From assembly GCF_018350175.1 (NCBI RefSeq), contig NC_058368.1, forward strand, positions 33,916,001-33,980,000: DNA of 64,000 bases, in the 5' to 3' direction. Each line of letters begins with the position of its first letter. Within the stretch, counting starts at the first letter, position 1. The notes under the pieces were generated by a model. The model did not search any database. It was not told the origin of the DNA and saw only the letters and a program-made list of their open reading frames with translations. The stretch comes from Felis catus (lineage: Eukaryota). Position numbers and translations under genes: made by a program. Shown piece by piece: positions 41,393-53,283 of the stretch.

Positions 41393-42090
41393 AGAATGAG
41401 TGAAATGTATTTCTGCTTTTGTAGATTGTTACTATCGCTTTAGTGTTGTAAGTTTAGCTTGATTTGGTCTCCTGAGAGATGATTCCATTTTTCTTGATTT
41501 GTAGGAGCTAGAAGCTCTGTATTAAATTTGTAGTGTTGTTAGGATGAGAAAGTTGGAAGAAGAATCTATTTTATAGGAGGAAAGAAATGCACCAAAATAA
41601 GTTACTAAAAATAAAAATAATTCAATAAAATCAAGAAAATTCTATATTGTTCAGCTATCCTATGGACAGAGAAACAAAATAAGGAGAAGAAACATGCAGA
41701 ACTGTGGAAATTTCTTATATACACCAGCGTTCCCGGTTCCAGGGAGGAGCATAGAATGAAGTCATGAGGGGAGAAATGTATATTATTTATAGAAATCTTA
41801 TATCGAGCCCCAGTGCTGAAGAGCTTCAGGGGTATGGTAGCCCTGTGGTTTCTTTCACAGTTTAGCTACAATGGTTTGCCTGCAAGGCAAGCTGTGTTGT
41901 TCATCTTCTCATCAGCTTGCTCCCTGAAAATGTCACTTGTCCTGGAGATGGTAGGAGCCCTACACTGCGTTGTCCTGTGTGTTTGGGGCATGAGGAAATG
42001 CAGCAGGCTGCTTCTGTCCATCCTGCTCTCTCTGCCCACAGGGCAGAGCCCAGATGAAGCAGCCCTGGAGAGGATAACTTGGAGTTAATA

Positions 42091-42138
<48 letters not shown>

Positions 42139-42726
42139 CATTATCCTTGAAGTTCAAAAATCAAGGAACAATTTACGTGGTTTTTGTTCGTTTGTTTTTG
42201 TTTTTGTTTTTGTTTTTACATTTTGTCTGGTAGTCAATGACCTTTTTAAATTCACAAGTCTTGGTCTTTTTTTTTAACCCCAGAGCACCTTGCTCTCATA
42301 TTTTCATGGTAATAGATTTTCCTCATTTTCTCCATTCTGTTTTATACTTTCTGTTATTTATTATTGTGTTCTGTTAATGGATGCCTTGCACCTGTCATTG
42401 TGTTTATTTTTCTCTGATTTTATTTCTCCCCTCATTGGCCCCTTCCTCTGAGTTATAGGAAAATAGCTAAATTTTTTCATGTAATTTTCCACAGCTGACA
42501 CTTTGGCTTCTTCTCGCTAGGGTACATGATATTTACGTTTTTCCAAGTTTCCTCTTTTTCCTAGAAAAGTGGCTCTAGGAAGTTGACAATTGAGAAGTTT
42601 CCTTCAATCTAGTCCAATCTCAACTGTATTTATAAAACACCGTCAATTATTCAAATGTCATTATTGCCCTTTCCAAAATGATGCAGGAATTTCTATATTT
42701 TCCTTTACTTTTCTAATGATATTTTC

Positions 42727-42968
42727 TTTTCTTTTCTTTTAACTTTACTCATTCATTTTGAGAGAAAGAGAGAGAGCCCTTGTGCTCAAGTGGAAGAATG
42801 GCAGAGAGAGAGAGAGAAAGAGAGAGAGAGAATCCCAAGCAGGCTCTGCACAGTCAGCATGGAGCCAGACGCGGGTTATCGAACCCACTGACCCCACAAA
42901 CGGTGAGATCATGACTTGAGCTGAAACCAAGAATTGATGCCTAACTCACTGAGCCACCCGGGTGCCCC
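42727..42968 (-). mobile_element. CAN-SINE
   Basis: Antisense; TSD-like atgat(a/g)ttttc. Confidence 0.93.
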
Positions 42969-43848
42969 TCCATGATGTTTTCAGTGGCAGTTTAGCAAGG
43001 TTAGAGGCAAGAGAGAAATTAGTGACATCTACACATCACCAATTCACTTTGAAGCTAGGATGAGATTTTAGACTATGATTAATTATAAAAATTGCTTTCC
43101 TTTAATGTATGTACATATTTAAAACCAAATATTTTTATTTTATTTCCTTAAATGGTTTTATTCTTAACATAGACTACTTGGAGAGATACCCTAAGCTACC
43201 CACAGTTCTTGAGATTTCTCTAATCAGGAGTCCACAGAGCACAAGGAATTCTATGGGTTGCTTCTTCACAAATATTCCCTTAAAAACTATGTAATGTTTT
43301 CAAGCTGTGTTTTTATATGTGAATATATTAGAAATAAGTTCCAAAGCATTCAGCAGATTCTTGGAAAGATCTATGGCTTAAGAGCCTAGCTACCACTTTT
43401 AGAATATTGTTAATTTATACTTGTTGAAATGGATAAGCCATAAATTTTTTTTTAAATCCTCACCATTTTTATGTCTCTCTCTGATTGCTCTTGCCTGCTC
43501 ATATCAGCAGGGCCCTTTACCTCTAATTGGGTGGAATTATATGTCCATTGTTCACCGTCAGAGTGAAAAAAGCTCTCTACTAATCTCAATAAACCCATTG
43601 CTACTAACCCCAAAAAGTAAAATGAAAGGACTGTCCCCTGAGCAATCTTTTCCTTTCCTAATGGTCATGAGATTCACTTGTATCACAATAGTTATAATCA
43701 ATTAAGCTTCCACTGCAAATGAAGCTTCTGATTAGTGTACAGGAAGCTTTTTCTTTTAAAAAATGAATTTTTTAATTATTAAAATATATCTCATACAGTG
43801 TAGTGCATCTCACAAACTCATCTCACCTCTCTTACAAATTTAGTATCT

Positions 43849-44060
43849 GGGTGCCTGGGTAGCTCAGTCGGTTGAGCGTCCAATTTTGGCCCAATTTTGG
43901 CCTCGCGTTCCCAGGTTCAAGACCATATCAGGCTCTGTGCTGACAGCTCAGAGCCTGGAGCCTGCTTTGCATTCTGTGTCTCCCTCACTCTCTGCCCCTC
44001 CCCTGCTCATGCTCTGTCTCATTCATTCTGTCTCCCAAAAAAATAAAACATGAAAAAAAA
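43849..44060 (+). mobile_element. CAN-SINE
   Basis: gggtgcctgggtagctcagtcggttgagcgtcc head, A tail. Confidence 0.94.
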
Positions 44061-45765
44061 ATTATCATCAGCAGAGCAAAACTACTTTTTGATAATTTTC
44101 CAAAACAGAGTTACTTCAGTGTTTGTACATGAATACAAAACCAAGTATATACAATTCCTGCAAGTGTTCATGAACATATTTATACAAACTGAATTTATAA
44201 GTCACCATCAAATTTATTGGAAAGGCATTCTGTAGCATTCAGCAGATTCTTGAAAGGATCCTGCCACAAAAGATTTTAATTACCACTGTTTATTATTGAT
44301 ATACCTTCAAAATAGTGTTAATTTATATTTATATAAATGGCTGAGCAGTACAATAAACTTTAAATGCTTTCTTTCTGAGGCTCTTCTCTGATTCTTGTGC
44401 CCCAATCAAATCATTTAGAAGGGGCAAATAAATCATCCCGACTCATCTAATTATTATAGCCAATATATTTCAGATTTATTTGTGGTTTTCTAAGATGAGC
44501 TGGCCAACATTCAAATAAGCATGTAAATATCTAAATTTTTTTTGCTTTCATACTACAATAACTAGTTTTGTTGATAAAGATACCTCACTCACTACCAAAG
44601 TTGGACTTACGTTCTTCAATGTTTCACCTTAAAATATTATAAATCATTATATGTCTTTTAGTATTGGCAACGTGTAAATGACCATGTCCTTTTTTTCTGT
44701 ATATTTTGTTCTCCTCTTTTCTGGAAACAGGTGACACTGACCCAGAAACCTGTGGACTCTCTAAGAATCTGAGGTTAGAAATGAGGTTTCATAGGTAGCT
44801 ACGTAAATCAATTGAGCCACGGTAATTTTAAGGATAATTCAATCCAGTGATTCCTTTTATTTAACATTTAACATGACTTTAAAACCATTTCTTGACTAAC
44901 AACAGAAATAATTTTAGTGAGTATGTTATCCACCTGTTTATGTATGTTTTGGGGTAGGGGAGACTAAACAAAGGTGCTTTACCTAAAACAAAACTGTGCT
45001 ACTTCTCGGGACATGGGCGATAGCTGTTTAATAGTGCTTGGTTTTCAATTGAACTGCTCCAAATTTGTAAAAGATAAGAGGAAATAATATGCTTAGCTCA
45101 CTGAAAAGAGGAATTTACATAAGTAGCACATAATTATCCAAGGAAGACCTTGTCGCTGAGACTTGGGAGGGTTAATGATTATGATGATAATTAAAATGCA
45201 GAAGATTTGTAGAGCACTTATTTGCTTTCTGAAGAGCTCAGTGTACTTCCCATATATTCTTCTCATAGTTCTCTATGTGATAGCTATATAACAGGACATT
45301 TAAATATCTCAGAATAATAGACAGAAAGGTGTGACCTGTTATAACAATAAGTGATTATAAGCTTTTGGGTTTTGCCTCACCTGAAAGGCAAGACCTCCAG
45401 TGACAAAGCTTTTTGAAACATTTCAGGTCATCATAGCAGAACTGACTCTGAGGAAAGAGTGCCACCTACTGAATCAAACTGCCCAGGTTCCCACCAAGGG
45501 CTGGCCTTGCAGCTTTAGAATTGTCCTGACTTGCTTAACTGTAAGAAACAATGGGATGGCTGCACCATGCATGAAATACTTACTATCTTTGTTTCTCACC
45601 TTAGCCATTTTATTTTAACCATCCAGCATTCACATATATAAATTAACTATTTCATTCATAAACTTTTCATTTGTTTTAAAAAGTTGTATGCAAAGATTGA
45701 ATAAGCCTAACTCTCCTACGAAGGAAATTTTGAAAACAAATGCCTGAATGTCTTTATTGTCGAAG

Positions 45766-45784
45766 TGACCACAAGGGGGAGCTA
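45766..45784 (+). promoter_or_regulatory. CTCF-binding motif
   Basis: TGACCACAAGGGGGAGCTA closely matches the CTCF core consensus TGGCCACCAGGGGGCGCTA and lies in unique, AT-rich surroundings. Confidence 0.65.
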
Positions 45785-48700
45785 GCATGTAACGTCTCAT
45801 GGGGCAGGAGAGTTGAGGTTTCACAATTAATTGAACCATTCATTGTATTTCTGGTTAAGTCGTGAGAGGACATAAATATGACTTTTGGAATTTATGAAGC
45901 TGAAGATAAGCTTTCTCGGAATCTCATTTTGCACAATGTAATCCAACTTCCCTCTCTTAATTATATGTTATTTAATACATTAGATGTAAAATATTTTTTC
46001 ATGTGACAATCCTTGTTTCTGTGTGGTCTCTTTCAAGTACCCTACACACAAGTACACACACAATTTGTTTACACCATACCAAATAACCTTAAACTGTCAA
46101 ATTTAAACGCAGAATTGTTAAATTAACTTTTAAATTTGTCTTAGTACTTAAAAAGCAACATCCTGCAATATGTATCATGATTCAAAAATTGATCATTGAT
46201 GACTAATTTATGAATATATCCTTCGGACTAACATACATAAAAATGTATGTAAAATACATGAACACCAGTTGGAAATTGAGTTCATTTCTTGTGTGAATTT
46301 CAAATTAATAAATCTTTTATGTTTTTGTAGGGCTAGTAACTTTATTTTTGATGTTCAATAATAGGAACACACTTTGTATGTGTGGAGGGAGGGCACATGT
46401 ATACGTATATATTATTATATCATAACATAACATATAGTAGAGAATAAGAGTAAAATATATTATTTCCTAACAAATATTTTTCTAATAGCAAGATTTCATA
46501 ATTTTAATAAAAATTCAAAAAAATAGCATTCAATTTAAAATACTGTTTATTTATGAAGATATTTTATATTTTTTCTTATTTTGTTGTGTGGGAGAGGTTG
46601 AGGTCTCATAAACGTTTTAAATTATAAAACATTTCCCCTGAAGCTTAACAATTATAGTTACTTTGCATTTTCATTATTATTCACATTTATCATAACAGAG
46701 AAAGATATGTTTTAGTGATTATCCGATTAGTGGCATCAATGTGTCGTTCCTTAAAAGAGAAAGCTTTGGTTAAAAGTCAGCAATTGGCCAATTGCTGTGT
46801 GTTAGAGGGAAGCCACAAACATCTCTAAAAGACAATGGGAATTAAGAGAAGTAGCCGTTAATGAAATACTGTTATTCATTTTAGGGTTTAAATGTGATAT
46901 TGAAACTTTTGAAACTTATTATATGTACAACAGTTCAATCATTAAAATTATTTTTGAAGATGTTCTATAAACAAATACAAATGAGATCATGGTAAAAGTG
47001 ATGGAGAAGGAAATAGTAGAGAGGATATTTTTCATTCATATAAACAGTGGTTGTGTTGAAAACATCAGCATTTAAAATTTCTTTTCAGAACTGTATTTTC
47101 TTGAACTCAAGAATACAGCAAACAGGACAAGTTTTTGAAAATGTTAAGTGCTGCCTTTATGGCTGCCTGCATAAATTCTCAGAACTATAGCTACAACTAG
47201 TAAGTAATGAAATACAAAGAGTCAGAGACAAAATTAAATAACTTAAATAACATGAGATTTCCTTAAAAAGTATCCTTAAGATTATTTATTAATAATATTA
47301 AATTATTGATTTAATATAGAAGCATTAATCAGCCTTTTTTCATCTATAAAATAGACCATAATGCCTCTGTTCGAAGCTATTCTAACATAACAATCCATTT
47401 ATTTTAAAACTCACTAAGACCAGCATATCTTGTTAATTAAATGATTTTATATTTATAGTATAAGTCTTTTTCCAAGTACTTTTTCTCAATAAGTGTGCAC
47501 ACACATCATATGTTGATTAAATCCATGAAATCTTTGGATGTTCAATATATGTTTAGTAAAGAAAGAATAATACAGTTTTGGTTTAAGGTTGAGACTACCA
47601 TCTGTAATTATAAATTATGATTATCAACCAATCTCTTCTTGAGAAACCTGAGATTGTAGGTACTGTTCGTTATGCATAATACTACATTCTTCTAGATTCT
47701 TCAACCCCAGTACATATGTTCATAGCCTACTATGGTATAAAATCCAACAGAATCTTTGAATTATTTAACCATATGTATATTGATTTTTAAAATGAGCTTA
47801 ATATAAGCATAGTTAAAAGTAAATACTTAATAACTATATACCAAGCAAAAATATTGGGGATTAAAAATAAAACTTATGAGATGGCAAAAGCAAATAGTAG
47901 TGATTATAGTTTAAAAAATTGTGTCTGGTTAAGAGGAAGCAAAAGAATTGAAAATATCAGTTGATTCAGTTTCCTTTAAAAATAAAGTAGGGATGAGACA
48001 TAAGGATAAACGTTAATTATTTTGGGTACATGTCAGTATTTAATAACTGAACTCAATACTACAACTTAAATAAAATGTAAGTAAGATATCTGATAAATTT
48101 TCATTTTACTCCCTTTCACAGATGCCCTGTGGCATGGTAGTTCTCTTTCTATACACTAGGGGGAAGTGTGACATAGTTACTCTGGGAGGGTGGTAGGCAA
48201 ACTGTCTGTGGGGATGTATTTCCTATCACTGGTTTCTCCTTAGACACTGTGTTTTCTTCCCTCATTTGTGTAACAGCATTTCTAATGAATTAAGGCTAAT
48301 CAATAAGCCATATTACTCTTTCCCTGAAATGTTTTCATTCTCTTGTTTTTGCCTTATCGTGAACCTCAAGTAAAGATATTTTATGAATTTCCTTGAATTA
48401 GTATATGATGCAAAATAGCCATAGATTTGTCATATTAAAAAAAAGTAATGATTAATAAGTGAGTGTGTAATTACTATTTATTTAAGTTAACTGCTGCTTT
48501 TAAAGCATCAAAGCCTTAGCTGCCAAGATACATGTTTTGGGACAGAGGTACAAAGCCCAAAGAGATGTAAAGGTGAAGTTCCACAAAGCAGCATGGTTAG
48601 ATACCCACTCAGCAAAACAACCCAGATTTCTACAAAGCTTTGGCTTCCCTAGCAAAAGCACATTTACAAGCTACCTATTTAGAAAATACAAAGACACTTT

Positions 48701-49229
48701 AGGATTTGAAGGTCTGGCTGTAAATAGCTCCTCTTCAAATTATTAAACTGTTAAAGATCATCTCTTTAAGGGAGTGATGAATTTTGGATTCAGATTAGAT
48801 TATAAACTCAGACTATAGGTTATTTCATTGAATCCTCCAGGAAATAAATAGCTCCTTTACTTGAATCTTAAAGCAATTATCCCAACAACAATCATCAGAA
48901 CTTTCTGTAATTGTCTGGATTTGATTTTCTTTGAATCCTGAATGATTCATGTAACAGACTTGTACGTTAGTCATTCACAATTTATAAATGGCAACTTAAC
49001 TTTAGTATTTATGAATTGCGATCAATACTCTAGCAATCAAAACACTCACCTTTTCTATTTCAATACTTCAATTTTCTTTTTCCTTCTTAACTCTTTCCCA
49101 GAACCACAGGATCGCGAGCAAACCAGTCTTCACTTGTGGATATTTATGTTAATAGTTTGGGAAGAAAGAACCTCTGAGATTGGAAACTGAAGTTGATGAA
49201 GTAAATGAATCAGGAGCCTCTGTGTATGG

Positions 49230-49256
49230 GTGTGTGTGTGTGTGTGTGTGTGTGTG
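49230..49256. repeat. (GT)n microsatellite
   Basis: Direct reading. Confidence 0.95.
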
Positions 49257-49872
49257 CGATGGTGATAGTGGTGGTGGTAGTGTTACTAAACATGAATCTT
49301 AACGGATCTCCCACTGATCTGTCTTATGGTTCAGCTTTCATGCATTGGAGCTTTAGCAAATGTGGTTATCAACATTTATTTTGTATTGAGATGAAATTCA
49401 GATTGCCATATAGAACTTCAATAACAAGATGGAGTAGAGTAACAAAACAGGGAAAGTATTGTGGGGGGCGGGGGAGAGGGAAATGTCCCCTTTACTTTAA
49501 ATCTGGACTGAGCTGCAGGAGACAGAAAAAGGTAGAGTCCTAAGTGTTATTTAGTCAGACTTAAGCTTTAACAAACTACAAAGCTTGAATTGACAGTGAG
49601 CCTTTCTCCTTAAAGGAGAGGCGTTTTTTCCTCTGGGGAGACACGGCCTCTCTTTCACTGGGCTTTTGCTTTTCTTCTGAAACACTTTCATAATCAAGTG
49701 ACTTTCCTTGCATGGGTGCCTGGGGACAGCTGATTTTTTCTCTGAGGATAAAGAAAGTTACATATTGATTGCTGTTGCTCCCCGTGTGTTTGCACCAGCT
49801 CCTGCAGAAGCGGGAGCGTGAGCGCCCTCGCATTCACACACACTCGCTTAAGTACACCTCACACACCCCAGA

Positions 49873-49873
<1 letters not shown>

Positions 49874-49944
<71 letters not shown>

Positions 49945-50008
49945 CTCTGCACTTGCAATCAGAAGGATCCACACGCAGTCAGATCTGCACCTCTTGGTGT
50001 GTGTTTGG

Positions 50009-50051
<43 letters not shown>

Positions 50052-50058
50052 TGTGTGT
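49874..50058. repeat. (CA)n tract 49874-49942 and (TG)n tract 50011-50058
   Basis: Direct reading. Confidence 0.95.
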
Positions 50059-50159
50059 ACAGAAACCCATCAGGAAGACCGCAGCTACCTTATTCTGCAA
50101 GCACGCTGCGATTCCGGTTCCTGTGTACATGGAACAAAAAACAAAAACAAAAAAAATAA

Positions 50160-50190
<31 letters not shown>

Positions 50191-50389
50191 ATCGCTGTCA
50201 AACTTTTTTTCTTTTAATTCGCCTTTTCCTAAAGGAAGACGGTGGAAGAGCTTCTCTCAGTAGTTAAGGACTCGGGAGACCCGGCGGCGAGGCCCTGGGC
50301 GCCGCTGCCCAGACCGAGCGCCGGGCTCGGGTAGCCCAGCTGGTCTCCCATCTAACTGATCTAATCAATGACTCTGAAGAGCTGGGGCT

Positions 50390-50530
50390 CCTGGCTCCGC
50401 CCCCGCCTGTCTCTTCTCCGCCTTCTATTGGGCGTGGGCCGAGGAGGCAGGGCCTTGTTCCTCACGCTGATTGGCTGGCAGGGAATCAGTATCAATGTTT
50501 AAGCGGCGGCGTGAGGTGAATAGAGTCAGT
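50390..50530 (+). promoter_or_regulatory. Candidate upstream core promoter: GC boxes, two CCAAT boxes and a TATA-like element
   Basis: ctccgcccccgcc (~50394-50407, Sp/KLF), reverse CCAAT boxes ctATTGGgc (~50427) and ctgATTGGct (~50470), gggcgtggg (KLF), and tttaag at ~50498 followed by GC-rich leader-like sequence. Confidence 0.6.
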
Positions 50531-50764
50531 CAGCAAGAGGCGCTGGGGAGAGAGCTGGGACTGCGAGCCCGGCGGATGCGGCAGCGGCGGAGGGCGGCTG
50601 GGGAGACGCTACTCCAACTGTTGAATTTTCACCTTTCATTTCCTCCGATGCCTTGCTTGCGGAAATGGATTTATTTGCTTTGAAACCCGCACGTCTTTCG
50701 CAAGCTATGAGCTGATCCTGACAGGCACCAGATTAAACGAGACCACCCGTGACAGAAAAGGAGG

Positions 50765-50799
<35 letters not shown>
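50765..50799. repeat. A35 homopolymer inside the CpG island
   Basis: Direct reading; no SINE or LINE body upstream. Confidence 0.95.
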
Positions 50800-50801
<2 letters not shown>

Positions 50802-52283
50802 AAGCCCTCCACAACGGACTGCACAATTAACTATGCACACCGGTGCTGGACTTTGTGAATAGAGAACATTGAGAGGAAAACCGTGAACTGTGATGCGGGG
50901 CTAAGCTGTGAACAGTCCCTGGAATCCTGATTTTTTTTCTTTTTTTTCCCCCAAGACTCTGAAAGATTTGGGGGTTCCTCACGCCTAACCAAAAGGAAAG
51001 CTTTTTTTGTTTTTTGGGTTTTTTTTTTAAATAAATAAGTAAATACACCTAGCAAAACAGACGTCTTGTTTTCCAGAGCCTCGGACCCCGGCAGAAAGAG
51101 GTAGAGTAAAAGTGCTGCTGGATTCAGCTACACCTTCCTCCTTCCCTCCCTCCCCTCTCTCTCGCTTTTTTTTTTTTTTTTCTTTTCCTCCAAAACGTGG
51201 ATCTGGCTTTTCTTTCCATAGAGTGAGTCAGAGAAAGCGGGAGGAAGAAGCCGCAACTAATGTCTGTGAAGGGAGGACCATGAGGCGAGAGTGAATACGA
51301 TTCGTTCCACTGCTTGTGACTCATCGGGCAGATCGCAACACCTGCATTTCTGGATGTGTCATTCCCGTGCGTCGAGGCGCCTCGAGAACCCGAGATGATG
51401 TGTAGACAGACCCGTGCCTAACATCCCCTCGGAGAGAGGGAGCTCTCGGGGGAGGCGGTGGGCGCCCCTGGCTGGACCGCCGCGGCCGCAGCGCCTCGCC
51501 CCCTCCCTGCCCTCCTCGAGCCGCCCAGAGAGACTGTGAGAGCGAGACTGCAGAACGCATCACGCCAAACCTTGATGTGGCTCTTTCATCCAGCCCACTC
51601 CTACTATTAAAAAAAAAAAAAAAAATTGACGGGAAGAAAAAAAAAAAAAAAAAACCCGCACTTTATTCGCTTCGAATATCCACCACTTTTATTCCTCGCC
51701 AAGGTTTTCCTTTCTAGATGAAGAGGACTGGGAGGCAGGGCCATTGGAAGGAGATGCTGAATAGAAAGAAAAGAGAGGCACTTGACAGCCCAGCCCTGTG
51801 AATGCAGAGACTGTTTCCCTTCTAGCGAGAGAGACAGGGCGAGTGTGTGTGCGAGCCCTGGGAGGGTGGCTCCCCCTTCCTTTTTATTCCGCCTCCCCCT
51901 CCCCCTCCAGATCGGCACATCCAACCATGAGTTGCCTGTTGATTTCCTCTCGCCTGGGAAGAAAAGCAAACTGGAATTAAACTGCATCGAGACAAGTCCT
52001 CGCTCTCGCGGAGAGAATGGGATGGTAGCGGCGGCTCCTGGCTCGGCGTAGAGAAACCACAGAGTGTGTGTTCCACGAACAGAGGCGGAGATAGAGCTAT
52101 ATATCCGCCCCCCACCCCCCCTCCCAACAGACTCACACCGCAAACGCCGATCAGGCTGTGGCTTTCCGGGGAGAGCCTTTTCCGAGGAAGAGAGGGAGGA
52201 GCGTGGTGGAGGGAGGAAACTACAAATCGGGACACTAGTTCTTTGCGCTGCATTTCCTCCCCTCCCTTTGGCTGCTCGGAAAG

Positions 52284-52288
<5 letters not shown>

Positions 52289-52338
<50 letters not shown>
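52289..52338. repeat. (AG)25 microsatellite in the PCDH17 promoter/5' leader
   Basis: Direct reading. Confidence 0.95.
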
Positions 52339-52342
<4 letters not shown>

Positions 52343-53080
52343 TACGCTTGGCTGGGAGATGCAGTCCGCCGCCGCCTCTGCCTCCGCCAGCAATGCAAGA
52401 TTAGATCTCTAAATGCAGCAAAACACTGCCTGAAAACCCAACAGCCCGCGAAGCCAGCAGACATTTCACAGGGCTCCGGCGAAGCTTCAAAATCTATCTG
52501 ACTCTGTCTCCGTGGCTCCGCGTCCCCACCAGTTTCATCACAGGAGACGAGAAACAAGTAAGGATTTCACTTTCCCATCTGCCTGAAGACACACCTCCCC
52601 GCTTCCTCCCCCACCCGAGGTGAAGAGTATTCCGGCGGCTGCCGCGGGAGTGGATTTTGCAGCGCCCTAGCGGGAGCCAGCAAAAGCTAGGGATTCTCGA
52701 CCACCCCTTCTAAACGCGATTTCCGTCTTATCGCCGGCCTCATCGCTCAACTTCGAGTGGCCCCAAGTCCCGGCGGAACAGACAAAGCCCCGGGCTCGCC
52801 CCCCAGCCGCAGGGAGCCGCCGCCTTGCTCCGCGCCCCTGCAGCTTGGCTGCGCCGCCGCTTCTCGCCCGGTGCGGATGCTGTAGATCAACAGGTTCGGG
52901 GAACTTGAACGGAATAAGGAGACCGCCCGGTGCCGCAGCCCCGGAGCAGAGGGAAGGAAGGACCCACAGACTTGTGGCTCGTGTCGCGCGCGCACGCTGC
53001 GCCGGAGCCCCAGGCTGGCGCGCACCCACTCGCTCGCCCCTCCAGTTCGGCTGCTCCTGCCCCCACCCCACCGGTCTGGG

Positions 53081-53239
53081 ATGTACCTTTCCATCTGTTG
53101 CTGTTTCCTCCTGTGGGCCCCTGCCCTGACGCTCAAAAACCTCAACTACTCGGTGCCGGAGGAGCAAGGGGCCGGCACGGTGATCGGCAACATCGGCAAG
53201 GATGCTCGACTGCAGCCAGGGCTTCCGCCCGCAGAGCGC

Positions 53240-53283
<44 letters not shown>

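Noticed and set aside
51607..52557. 316-aa minus-strand ORF over the promoter
   Set aside because: Non-ATG start, runs through the (CT)n and poly-T repeats (SLSLSL, FFFFF) and has no recognisable domain; typical stop-poor CpG-island frame.
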